DNA of 64,000 nucleotides from Ruditapes philippinarum (Eukaryota). The first letter of the stretch is position 1; every line of letters begins with the position of its first letter. This document shows, one piece after another, positions 1 to 11,817 of this stretch. The translations under genes were made by a program, and so were the position numbers. The notes under the pieces are model-generated. The model did no database searches and was not told the origin of the DNA. It worked only from the letters and a program-made list of their open reading frames with translations. The stretch is taken from the NCBI RefSeq assembly GCF_026571515.1, contig NW_026859463.1, positions 1 through 64,000 of the forward strand, read 5' to 3'.

Positions 1-2306
1 GACTATCCAGTGTTTATTTTAGGATTCGAAAAACAAGGGGATTTGTAACGAAAAGTGAGAATTTATTACATTTGTTGAACTCTTTTCTCTTTTTTTTTGT
101 CAATGTGTAATTGTCCACTTCGCTGGAAATACAACAAAATAGAAAAAAAACATAGAATAGACACTGACTATCGTCTTTAATTTTCCAAAGTCATATTATT
201 TTACGATGTTTGCAAATGAAAAAAGATATTTCGCCAATTCAGCACTTTCTAGACTATTTTCATAGTGCAAGCCGTGATTCATGCAAATGTATTGATTTTT
301 CCTGACGGATGCATAGTTCTCATTGAAGAACCTGTACTAATCTTCTTATGGGCCGGCGGGTGAATTTTGTTTCACCACGTTTAATACAATTATTTGTGTA
401 CTGATAATCTGTTATGATTTTCATTTTTTCGTCTTCGCAGTTGTTTACTGATAAAGTTTAAGGACCCTGTAACTAATCAATTCAACTGTCTTGACTTCCA
501 AAATTGAGTTTTTGACATTTTAAGAATTATGTCTTTTTGAAAGATTCCACTAATTCCCGATAAAATTTACATTTATAAAACATAAAATCAAAGTTAAACA
601 ATGGACAATTGCATAATAAAAAGACTGTCCAGAACTTACAATATACTTATAGACAATGTAAATGTTAAATTACACTCCGCTTTCCATATAACAGATTCGT
701 CGCCATCTTGGATTTATGACCAGGTTTAAACTGAATACAATAATAGGACACAAATTCGACTTTTTCATTTATTTTCACATATATTTCTTTCAGCTTCTAT
801 AACGAATACAAATATCTCGATAACCTATAGAATATTTCAAATCATTATATGCATCGATTCCTTTCTTTAAATTCAACATTTACTGTGGCATATTTCAACC
901 CTCTAATAAAGCTTACTACAAATATAAACGGTCTCATTTTCAAAGTTGTGTTCTAGCAAAACCCGTGGCATGAACATCTAAGTTCACTTCTGATATTACA
1001 TCAGACTATTTTGCTTCGGGTTGCATTTATCAATTTATCAAACGTTTTTCATTCATCCAATATTATCTCAAAATCAGTTCATTTTGATTTGGACGGAATT
1101 AATTCAAGTAATATTGCAAGTTCTAAAAAGTAAAGAACAAGGTTATTGTTTACCTTGGATATTGGCAAGTGGTCAAGAGTCTTATGATAGCGATCTTGAT
1201 TTAAGTTTTCAATTGGTATATCGTCAGTGATCAAAAGTTCCAAGAGTTCAGGACAAAATAATTTGTTATAACGGTAAATAAATTTATTTAAACTAGCAGA
1301 AAAAAACAACAAATAAAACAACAACAAAACAACAACAACAAACAACTTAATATACAGATTTATCAGGTTGTGAGGGCGTTATTTAGGACACCAAACGTCT
1401 TCGTATACCCACTTGTTAAACAGAAAAAAGTCAAGTAGCAGTAAAATAAGCTTATTTGAAATAAAACGCCTCAGCACAAACACGAACAAAACATATTTTT
1501 TTTAATGTAACACTAATTTTTCAGTGTGGTTATTTTGACAGTTGCAATAAGCAGTAACCATGGAAACTGCCCGTTTTAAAAAAAAAAATAGCACATCAAC
1601 ATCAATTTGTATTTCTAGTTTTTGAAATCACCATACAATTTTACCTTACTATTCTCTGATTATTTTGCTCGATATATATGATTACTAATAGAATTGATGT
1701 TTATTTGATTCTATGTGATTCTATGTTTGTGTCCTTCTTAAAGTCTATGCTTTGTCATTGATTTGAATATATAAAATGTAATATACAAGTATTTTTTTCT
1801 TTACATAGATAACTTTGATTATTGAATGATAAGTATTTACCATTACACGATATAATTTATTTTACAATACTATATTCATTAATATATTAGATAATATACC
1901 CGACTGTAGATGGAAGATATATTCCATTGTGACATACCTTTATAAGTGATAATCATCTTCTTAACAAATGAAAGTCTAAAGTAAATGTTATTTTTATTTA
2001 CTTCTTTATTTCTTAAGGTATCTACTTCTAACTTCTAATATATTTTCTTTATTATGTGTGACAAGATTCATAAATTTAGCATGAATATTTCCAGAAATAT
2101 TTCCTGCTTGAAAAATTGATATTTTTTTTGCTCTAACTTCTTTATTTATGAAATAATTTACTTCTAACTTTATACAATATCATGACAAGCTTCATAACTC
2201 AAGCATAACTATTTTTAGAATCATTATCCCCTCATACACAGAATTGTCATAACTTAATTCAAAATTCAAAATATGTTTCTTATCAACTATAGTGGCAGAT
2301 TTGCAA

Positions 2307-2639
2307 TTTTGCGCGTTGCGTTGTCGATAGCAAACACGAAACCTATATCGTCTTTTCGTGTTGTCACTAGCAACAACTTGACAAAGCGCTATCGTCTTGT
2401 CATCCTGTCTCAAACGAAGCACATCCAACGGCGTGTTGTCGCCTTGTCACCCTGTCGCTTCGCTTATTAGCCAAGCCTTCGATTTTAACCGAGCAACAAT
2501 GTGACATCTCGACAACAAGCCGCACGACAACGCTCTGTTTGGCGAACATCGTTAGCGAAAGGCCGACAAGATGAAAGTCCGACAACGCGCTGTTTGGCGC
2601 TTTGTCGTGTTGTCGCTATCGCCAACACGACGCACAAAA
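2307..2639. mobile_element. Foldback/MITE-like non-autonomous element with internal TTGTCG/CGACAA repeats
   Basis: The left end TTTTGCGCGTTGCGTTGTCGATAGCAAACACGA is an imperfect reverse complement of the right end TCGTGTTGTCGCTATCGCCAACACGACGCACAAAA. It forms a GC-rich island in AT-rich flanks. Confidence 0.7.
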
Positions 2640-4307
2640 ACTTAGAGAAAAAATATTACAGAATGAACATGAACAGGACTTTCTTGAAAGAAGATGAATG
2701 AACATGAACAATTATGTAGACGTTAAATAAAGAAAACTATTAAAAATGCTATTGGCATGAGACTCCACGACATTGTGATTATCAGTCCTGCCCTCTACCT
2801 ATTGAGCTATTCAGGAAACAGATACTTAACACTTTTGAAATTAGGTCTAAATACATTACAATTATTATTATAAATGATATCCTCAACATACTTCAGGTAT
2901 TTTTCTTTGTTATAACTTACATCACGCATGCGTAACAGTGTTAATAACTCTAGCATCTTTTTTCAAAGAGATATTTTCTCTTTGAAATCCGAAACTTCAA
3001 ATACTTTTTGCTCTTATAATTTTTAAATGATGGGATTGTGTTCAGATTTTATTTTTTGATCTTTTCCATGAAAGCATCGAAAAGTCTGTTTATCTTTTAA
3101 TGACATGGTCATTATGAAGAACAAATATATTTGAGTGTTTTCTTACACCCGCTACGTCATTCCATCTTTCAATCTATGCATCCTTCCTTCATTATCAGTG
3201 TCTGCTTATTATCCTGGTAACAGTTGCACACAGTCAATTCAAATTTGACATTTGGTTATATCATACAAAAATGCATATCAACTTCAAATTTGACCATGGT
3301 TCGATGCAATTGGCAGAATAAGGCCCCTTTTACTTTGAGAAAAATAAGAAATTTTCTGTTTCAGTCCATTATCTCCCCAATAGTTCGTCTTGCTTTATTG
3401 TGTCAAGTATTTACATTCCTTTCACTTTCAGCTCTAATGTTTACCAATTTGAATAATAAGCATCAATTATGCTTTGAATCCATTTTTATTATTTTTAAAC
3501 ATTATTTTGCCCCTTCTCAAGAAGAAAAATAGTATTAATAACGGAGGCATGATATGCTTTTAATATGAAAGTATTTTTCACCATTATTTTTATTTTGAGT
3601 TGTGATTAAAATATCACAAACAATATCAACAACGAAAGGCGGTGATAAATGAACGCAACCCATACACGACCCAGCAAAAAGAACCAGCGGCAAGGAGCCC
3701 AGGCGGACCCCAAACAAAAACAGGACATGGCCCAATACAGCACGGACAGGTCATTCACTAAAATGATAAATAATTTGTAACTGATAAGGAATTAAAAAAA
3801 ACAAATGATTGCACAACAGGACCACAGAGTCAAAGGGCACATGAGATAGTGGGATGGGGGGGGAGTTAATCAAAGAAATAAAAACTAGGGGCAAAGGGGA
3901 AGATACTTACCGTAGACAAGACAACAACAAGAGACACACGCAAGAGTGTCACCAAAACAGTATGAACCAACATAGACATACATCTGAGGAACACAGAGGG
4001 CGCAGCCTTGGAACGGTCAGGAGCAAACTAATGACTGCCGGGGAGTTTAAACCGGTTAATGGTGCACCAAACCTCGCTCTTAGCCCAATAATGTTTCTAT
4101 AAGCGAGACAGTGTTAATAAAATGAATCCCCGCCAAGCGAAATTCTAACAGATGTTATGGTTACAAAAGGTTAAATAAGTAAAACACCACAATGATCATG
4201 TACAAACATATAAAAGTAAACCCAATGACCATAACAAAAGTACTCAATGTCCTTAAGGAAGACAGAGCAACAAGAAAATCACCTACAAGGGCCCGACGAA
4301 GCAAGGC

Positions 4308-4373
4308 AGAAGACGAACATTAAGACAATTCAGACCCAAAGGGCTTAAAGAACTGTCCATCATAGAGTCTCCC
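4308..4373 (-). ncRNA. SECIS-like element (type II shape) at the end of the Naiad ORF
   Basis: Minus strand reads GGGAGAC-TCT-ATGAT-GGACAGTTC-TTT-AA-GCCC-TTT-GGGT-CT-GAATTGTCT-TAAT-GTTC-GTCTTCT. This gives a 7-bp helix I, AUGA, a 9-bp helix II, unpaired AA and an apical mini-helix. The 3' quartet strand is TAAT rather than canonical NGAN. Confidence 0.7.
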
Positions 4374-6135
4374 ACTTGGTCCGTCAGATGTAATCAACAG
4401 AGGAAAGCGTAGTGTTAAACTGTCAAAGGGTTGAACACGAAGCATGTATTATGTTTTAAAATAGTAGGGTCATAACCTCTTTTAATAAAACGCTTAATGA
4501 TTTTAGTAAAAACAGCAGAAAGATTACCATGACCCAAAATCTTACGAAGTTTGTAAATCACATCGCCATAAAACCAGACTGGCAAATCCCTTGTTGCAGA
4601 CGAGTTTTTAAATCATTATTGAATTTTGAAATTAGATCAAAATTACGATTTAAAATTTAGTAAAATATTTCCTTAATTTATGATAACCCTTTTTTAGAAG
4701 CCTGCTGGTAATAAAAATATTCCGCTCGTTGAAATCCTTTACGTTGATACAAGCTCTAGCGAATCTAATTAACTGAGTAACATATACCCCGTAATATGTT
4801 GCATGGGGTAGGTTTCCATCTAAATTTGGATAATTAACTATACAAAAGTCAAAGTCATCTCGTTTGTCATAGATTTTTGTGTGAATAGAATTGTTGTTGA
4901 TAGTTATATTAAGATCCAAAAATGGTGTACTATAATTTCAAGAGTTCGTTTTATTAAGTTTTAGTTTATGCGGATAAATGTCAGACACCATTAGGTCAAA
5001 ATAAGAATTATCTAAATTAAGAATATCTGGAAGTATTATTAAATGCGACTATAACATCTTGTTGTTTATCTTCAGACAGACTCACAAAGTCTCTTTCATA
5101 GCAGTACAAAAACAAATCGGCGACCTGGGATGCACAATTAGTACCCATAGGAATTCCTATGATCTGTTTGAATAGGGTATTATCAAACCTGACATAAATG
5201 TTGTCTAGAAGAAAAGAGAGTGCTCTACAAACTTCGTCACAGGTCCACATAGTATAATGTTTAACAATACCGTTAGCAATAAAAAGCTTTGTTACAATAA
5301 CATGCTAGAAATGCAACCATTTCCGTGCAAAAGTTTTCTGAATTAAAAAAAACTAGTTTATCATTGATTAATTTATGTGGCAAAGTTGTATAAAGTGTAG
5401 AAAAATCGTATGTACTGACAGTTGAACTTTGAAAGTTCTTAATTTTGAATTTATCCAAGATTTCAACAGCATTTTTAATAAACCAAAAAAGATGTTCGTC
5501 TGTGTTTTCATAGACTTTATCACAACATCTAATTGCATGTGTTTTTATGGCAGTCAAACAAGACGTCAATAAAAAATAGAAAGTTTACTTGTAGTGCAAG
5601 ATGTAGGATTAGCAATTAATCTGGCTTTGAAAGGTTGTTTATGTAATATAGAATCCAATACATCATAGGTAGATAGTGTTCCTTTTAATTAATTTGGACT
5701 TTAAGCCGGTGCTAGGGGCGTGGTCGATAGTTTGCACTTGAGTGTACCGTCCATGAACAGACTCAATCAAACCGAGCCTGCAACATTTTCAATTTTGCCG
5801 TGTTGGCCTTTCTTTGGGGATTTTTATTTCTCTCTATTTAAGATTTGAAATATTAGTAATATGATTGTTTTCAATGACTTTTTCGGAGGCAGAGGTTTTA
5901 GAGTACGCATTAGTACTATTTAGTTTCTTATGCAAAACGATAACGTAATGGATTTGTCATACAATTATTATAATATTATTAGCTGCCTTACCCGCTGGCA
6001 CCAAAACACATTTTGAATGAAAAGCTAGAATATCCCTTTTCAGATGTCTTAAAGTAAGTCTTGGTTTAGATGGCAAAAGATGTTCATTTCCACAATAAAA
6101 ATTAATACGTGAATCAATAATCTTAAAGATGTTAC
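4345..6135 (-). pseudogene. Naiad reverse transcriptase region (frameshifted; in-frame TGA at Cys position 5957-5959)
   Basis: Built from ORF-track fragments 4650-4919, 5017-5250 and 5273-5569 plus manual translation: ...KCVLVPAGKAANNIIIIV*QIHY...; C-terminus ...GYDPTILKHNTCFVFNP...GDSMMDSS. Confidence 0.85.
5706..5836. repeat. 131-bp fragment of a local repeat family inserted in the Naiad RT
   Basis: Flanked by TTTAAG direct repeats (5700-5705, 5837-5842). Removing it restores ...SNLKVQIN.... It is the reverse complement of the repeat at about 45885-46017. Confidence 0.8.
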
Positions 6136-6171
6136 GTATGATAAAAGAAATTCAATTGATATGATTACAGT

Positions 6172-9100
6172 CTATATAAACTCTTCTGAAAATTGCCCTC
6201 CATGAAATACTTCCAGCAGATTGTAACCAGAAGCTCCTCGTTTAGTCATGCAGACTGCAAGGTGATATTTACCCGGACACCATCGTACATCCTTTACTTC
6301 ATTCCTGGACAAAGATTCATTGATGGCGGCTATGTCAACCCGCAGGCGCTTGTCATCAACTAACTTGGTGGAATGTATAGCATCAATGACACTTTTGTTG
6401 GACTGTCACTTTGCATTTGGAATTCTTCTTCAAAGCCTCTTACAACAAGACGGGCTTTTGTCTGTTCATGTTTTGTTGTTATGACCCACCTTGTTGATAA
6501 TGTATTTTGGCCACAATCTTTGACTTCTACGTATGTACCGAATTCTTTCAATTTCTGTAATTCTGCAAGTTTTGCCTCTGAGACATTATTGTTAACTTTA
6601 CAGTTCTCCAACACTAGGTTCACATTGTCATTCAACAGTTCCAGTCAACTTGATCCAGATTGACACTCTTCTTCTCTTTACTGATGTCTTCCATAACATT
6701 ATTCCAGTGTTTGTTCTTCCCTGTTGCCTTTCCAAGAACTTTTGCATGTATCCAAACATCAGTGTTTTGTGTTTTATACTGAATATTATCATTGGGTTTC
6801 AGGAACTTTCTATCTTGTGTCTGTCTATCTCTGTCAGACCCGACAATTGGTATCTCTCTTCTAGCCTTGTTTGTAAATTATTATCAGAACTTCTTGCAGG
6901 TAGTTCTTCAGAAATCCATTGTTGATCATCTGTGTTTGTCAATTCTTGCTGAACCTTGGCCCCTCCGTCTGCAACTGAACTTTGATCATGGTATTCTCTA
7001 TCCGACAAATTGTTAACTTTTTGTAGTCTATTTGGAGATACACGCACAAAAACTCTTTCGTGTCGCACAAACACTATTTTCCCATCTTGGACAACTACCT
7101 TTCCTGGTCCAAGCCAGCATTCTCGACCCTCTCTTTTGTAACAAAACACGGTCTCCATGTTCAAACACTTGTTCTAAAGCTCTTACCTTATTTCTGAGTG
7201 CTCTTCTTACTCTTTCATCAGCTTCAGACTGTATAAAAGTCCTTCGAGTTGCATGCAAAACATTTAAGTGCTTTGTAAAAGCTTAACTGCTAGTTGTTCC
7301 TTGTAAAGCTGGCAAGTTTTCGCTCATGATGTTTGGAATGTTGGGGTTCTGGCCAAAGACAAGTTGATGGCTGCTGTTTGCAAATAATTCCTCTCCATAT
7401 TTGCCCATGATAAAAGTGTCTGCAAATTTACCTTTTCATAATCTGCATGGAGCTTGGTCAGCATCATATCGTTAATTGTATGCACTCTTTCACACAATCC
7501 ATTTTGAAATGGACTGTCAGCTGCAATTGTACATAGCTGAATGTTTACAATGGAAGTAATTTCCCTTACCTCATCCGAATTGAACTCCCCTCCGTTGTCT
7601 GTCATCAAAGATCCCATCACGTCCAAATCGCCCAACCCATTCTTTCATTAAAGCATCTAAGATATTGCATGGCTTCTTTCTGTCTACCAAAGCGGACAAA
7701 GTGTATCTTGACCACATGTCTATGATGTGTAATAATCCAGCGCCCATTCCATTGTTTTTAGGTCCATTTGCAAACTTTTCGTTGAACCTGGAGGCCATTG
7801 GCATACCTATCACTGGCCTTGAAGGAGTCTTGGCATAAAGTTTACAAAGTTCACATATGCTTACAATCTGGTCAAGATCTGCTTCATACTCGGCTTTCCA
7901 TATTCAAGCGTCCTTTAAAAGTGATGCCAATCTTTTCTTTGGAGGATGAGCAAATTGTCGGTGCAGTTTCACAAGAGGTTTGCGTCTCTCTTGTGTTTTC
8001 AAATTCTCAAGGACAATTGCATACACCTTTTCCACTGGAACTTTCACTGTTTTATCTATTGGAATGCAGTAATGGCCTGATGTTGTTAAGTTTAGTGCTA
8101 CCTCTGTCCACATAATGGTCGCTGTATCATTCTCAAGATCCATCTTTATTGCTGCTTTCTTCATTGCAGTACGAGAGGGTAGTAGAGTAATATCTGACTC
8201 TACAACATCAGTGGTTATGGCCACTGCCTTTCCAGCAACTACAGCAGGTATGCAAAACTCACCTTTTGATTTCAGGCATGTTCACCCTCCAAATTTAAAC
8301 ACTCTCTGACCTTCTGATTGTAACACTTTCTCTATGTCTGTATTGTCCAAAGATTCTAAGTAATTGTCCATCCAACTTCTTCCACATACTGTACTACTGC
8401 TACAAGCACTGTAGAGGACCGCACAGTTTCGAGCATCAATCCCTAGTCGTCTGATCTCATCTGTATCATACCCAGCAAAATGAACAGCGTGGTCTTCAAC
8501 TGCATTGACTCTCTTCTCTTCATATCTTCCCAGCTATCCGGGCATACAGGCAACAAATGACAAAAAGACCCACATGATTTGCATGTCAGTGGTCTACCAT
8601 CTGGTCCTGTGGGATTAATGTTCTGTGTCGATCCCTTCTTTCGATTTTCAGTGGCAAACTCCCCTCTAAGATTCTCTCTGAGTTTTCCCCACTTCCAACC
8701 CCCCCTGTTTTACCACTGTAATTACCATGATAGCCGCTCCGTTTTGTTTACCCCGCTGCGAGCAGGACCTTTTAGTTTGCCGCCAAAAAGCTGGTTCTAG
8801 CTTGATACTTGTCTGGATACTTGATAATTCTGTATCATTGCCCTTAAATTTCTTCAGTGACTTCTTGGCTTCCTCGTTAAGTGTCATGTTATTATCATAG
8901 TTCATGCCTGTAAGGACTAACAATTGCTCTTCATTTGAAATATTAGCCTTCCGTATCTCACTAAGCAATGTCATTTTCTTCTTCTCTATCTTTCTATATT
9001 TGGAATCAAACATAGCCACATATTCAGTTATTGATTGTCCTTCTAACCTTTTGAAATCTTCAAAATCCTCAACTTTTTCCAGGCTATTATCAGTAAGATC

Positions 9101-9344
9101 ATCCTTAGCAAGAAGCGAATAAGAACATTCAAACCACCATAGCCCTTCAACTCGTCCAATGAAAGTTGATCAAATACTTTTTCTCGAATTTGTGATTCGT
9201 CATTTTCAGGAAGTGTCAATGCGACAGCATTACCTTTTTTTCTTTGCTTAAGTCAGTAATTTCTTGCCATGCCAAAAGTTCCTGCTTAAATCTCTCATAG
9301 TTTTTCCCTTTTCCTAAAACGGGAGGATTAATCCTGGTTGTCAT
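6172..9344 (-). pseudogene. Copia gag-pol, fragmented
   Basis: ATG at 9344 (MTTRINPP...) to TAG at 6172-6174, with many frameshifts. ORF-track fragments: 8666-9019, 7904-8224, 7571-7813, 7324-7635, 6799-7164, 6360-6635. Confidence 0.8.
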
Positions 9345-9426
9345 GCTGAATTCCAGGCTTGGAAGCAAAATTATTTGTTAAAACACTGTAAAACAATGAT
9401 TTCCACCGAGAATATCTCGATACGCA

Positions 9427-9436
9427 TCTGCTTCCA
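9427..9436 (-). promoter_or_regulatory. Primer-binding site, tRNA-iMet-like
   Basis: TGGAAGCAGA lies 2 nt after the LTR end, one mismatch from TGGTAGCAGA. Confidence 0.6.
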
Positions 9437-9438
9437 CT

Positions 9439-9644
9439 TGTTAACACCCACACCAGATATAATACGCCAACACCACTGCATAGTTTACACTTTATTATGA
9501 CTGCACAATAATCATTAAACAGATCATAATACTCTTGACGTCGCTAAGCAAGAACTCACCATGTCATGACGTCACAAAGACGTCACTTAAAGTTGTTTGT
9601 AAAAGAAGAGTATTCAACAAGAGATGTAAAACATGAAATTAACA
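9439..9644 (-). repeat. Copia 5' LTR (206 bp)
   Basis: Has TGTTAA...TTAACA terminal inverted ends and an internal AATAAA. It abuts the Naiad linker on one side and the PBS on the other. Confidence 0.8.
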
Positions 9645-9985
9645 CAATTATATCAAAATTACCAGTGATTATATGGCCAAACTCTGAATTACAGAATTTA
9701 GAAGTATTGCAGTCTCAGGTTGTTGGAGTATTAGACTGAATATCTATGTCAGAAACCACTTTGTTGTAATTTAATGTAATATTTCTAACAGGTTTCTTAT
9801 ATTTATGGCAAATAATTGGTATCTCGGAGTTTTTGAAGTATAAAGGAACTGAATTAGTGACACGTTTAATACGAAAAATACTTGGTTAATCGATGAAATC
9901 GATACCTTTAATAAGAAAGGTTACTTTTAGAAAATGCCTGTCGTGGTCAGAAGTGTTGTCGATATGAGGTTTTAAAATATGATAA
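9645..9985 (-). pseudogene. Naiad linker domain with CxC motif (TGA at first Cys, 9715-9717)
   Basis: Manual translation: HFLKVTFLIKGIDFID*PSIF..VPLYFKNSEIPIICHKYKKPVRNITLNYNKVVSDIDIQSNTPTT*DCNTSKFCNSEFGHIITGNFDII. Confidence 0.8.
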
Positions 9986-11489
9986 ACAACATCATCAAGG
10001 AAAGGCGGCGTTCAATGAACGCAACCCCCACCCGACCCAGTAACAAGAGTCAGTGGCAAGGAGCACAGGAGGACCCCAAACAAAAACAGGACAGGGCACA
10101 CATGAGAACATGGGCAGGCGAACCACTGAAATCATAAATAATAAGTGACTGATAAGACGTGCTGAGTATAACTTTGAATAAGATAAGCTGCTGTATATAA
10201 AGGATCTGTTTGAATAACCATATTATCTGCGTCCGCGTTTAAGATTTTCAGAGATGATAATGAAAGGGAAGTAAGATGTGATAACATTGCGTGTTTACCA
10301 GAGCGTTTTTAAGATAATATTTAAGTCGTTGACAGACAGGGTAATTTTAGATTATTCGTTTGATGTTGCCATTTCTACGTACTCCGTGGGATCGGGAATT
10401 ACGTTTACGAGTACAATGTATTCAGAATAGAAAAATATCAATGTTTGGATCTTTAGAGATGTTACCTTGTTGAAAAATATTGTCATTTAGGCCACGTGGG
10501 AAAGGCGTTTTGTAAGTTCTTGATCCATTTTAATTCTGCTAAGTGTCTAAACTAGCAGAAGCATCAGAATCATAAATTATTTGTCCCACTGGGTTGAATT
10601 GTAACATTTTTTAAATGAATGGCGATCTTTACGAAAATGTTGATATAGAAAAGTTGTAAAGTTTGTGCGATTTTTCGTCATTTATAAAAATGTTTCACGG
10701 AATCGAATTTTTAAGAGAACGTTTTCCTGTCTAACCAACATACTGTATGCCACACCCAGGGGTTGTTTTCAAATTAAAACATAAACAAAATGAGCTGCCT
10801 TTCAGTTAATATATGTATTTAAAATAATATTAAGTTCTCCCATTTACATAAGAGGTTATTGTAGACCTGTGCGATAAAAAGTTACAACATATGCACCTCT
10901 TAGAATTACACTTATTTATAGACTATAGATACACTCTAGATTTATGAGGATAATTTGTATGAGTGATATCATATTTCCTTAGAATGGTATGTTTTATAGG
11001 AGAAATCCTAATGCGTAATGAATTATGGAAGATATTAGGAGTTTTCTAGATCCCCTGGAAAATAAAATGAATTTAAAAATATAAACCCGTTTAAAACGAA
11101 AAAAAATGACGGGGTTGGTGTTCAAACTTAGGTGTTCAAAAGATTTCTAAAACTTTTAACAAATGTTAGCCCTTTGAAGTACTGGGAAAAGGTGGAATAA
11201 AATGTGTATTGTTCCTTTTTTAAGTTATTCAAAAATCATGTTTTAGTTATTTAAAATTTTTTCCGTGTTAATTTGGGGACCAAGTTAAATAAAAGACTAA
11301 AATTTAGGCCACAGTGTACACAGAAAACCCCAACAAAAAGGGAAGATTAAGAAAAAAAGGGTAAAGAAAATATAAAAAAGAACATTAGTCTTTTGAAGGT
11401 TGGACTGAAAGGGGGCACCAACACCCGAACGCCCCAAAAATCCCTTGAGGGTGAAAAATTTAAAAATTGATTTGGGATTTTAACCCGGG

Positions 11490-11817
11490 GGACTTTTTAC
11501 AGCCGCCACACGGCACAAACAACACAGTTGTGAGCATAACATATGACAAACAAGATCAACAAGGAAAGGCGGCGCTCAATGAACGCAACCTACACACGAC
11601 CCAGCAACAAGAACCAGCGGCAAGGAGCCCATGCGGACCCCAAACAAAATTAGGACAGGGCACAAGACAGCACGGACAGGCCAATCACTAAAATGATAAA
11701 TAATTTGTTACTGATAAGGAATTCAAAGATAACAAACAAATGATTGAACGATAGGCCAACAAAGTCAAAGGGGACAGGGGAAGGGGATGGGGGGTTAGTC
11801 AAAGAAATAAAAACTAA
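11490..11817 (-). repeat. Additional copy of the Naiad 3'-terminal (pLTR-like) segment
   Basis: Closely matches 3610-3887 (GAACGCAACC..CACGACCCAGCAA..GAACCAGCGGCAAGGAGCCC..CAAAGAAATAAAAACTA). Confidence 0.8.

Larger units (their letters stand above)
6136..9644 (-). mobile_element. Ty1/Copia LTR retrotransposon, GalEa-like, internally deleted, 3' LTR missing
   Basis: Domain order on the minus strand: gag (WQEITDL..KGNAVALTLP, zinc-knuckle remnant), protease (SACSSTVCG), integrase (KLHRQFAHP, DMWSR, TDNGGEF, NGLCER), RT start (STRWV..KARLVVRGFEE), RNase H end (DKRLRVDIAAI..CMTKRGAS). Confidence 0.85.
3600..10156 (-). mobile_element. Naiad-type Penelope-like retroelement (5'-truncated, decayed, with nested insertions)
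   Basis: Minus-strand RT fragments include DKAANN-like, YWI, STYDFSTLYTTLPH, GIPMGTNCA..ADLFLYCYE, TSRY, YDKRDDFDF.IVNYP and QLIRFARAC. The CxC-type linker fragment lies N-terminal to RT (9645-9985). The 3'-terminal segment (3620-3787) recurs at 9985-10156 like a pseudo-LTR. Confidence 0.85.

Noticed and set aside
459-1020. Kolobok-like element starting TTAAGG
   Set aside because: No matching right terminus was found.
4393-4397. A third in-frame TGA near the Naiad C-terminus (FLC*LH)
   Set aside because: It appears to come from a local compensating indel in an FLFDCT-like segment and does not sit on the Cys codon, so it is not counted as Sec.
3600-11817. Hammerhead ribozyme in the PLE terminal repeats
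   Set aside because: No CTGANGA...GAAA core with flanking stems was found by eye. CTGATGA hits elsewhere (21022, 47961, 50522, 50889) lack stem II and GAAA.
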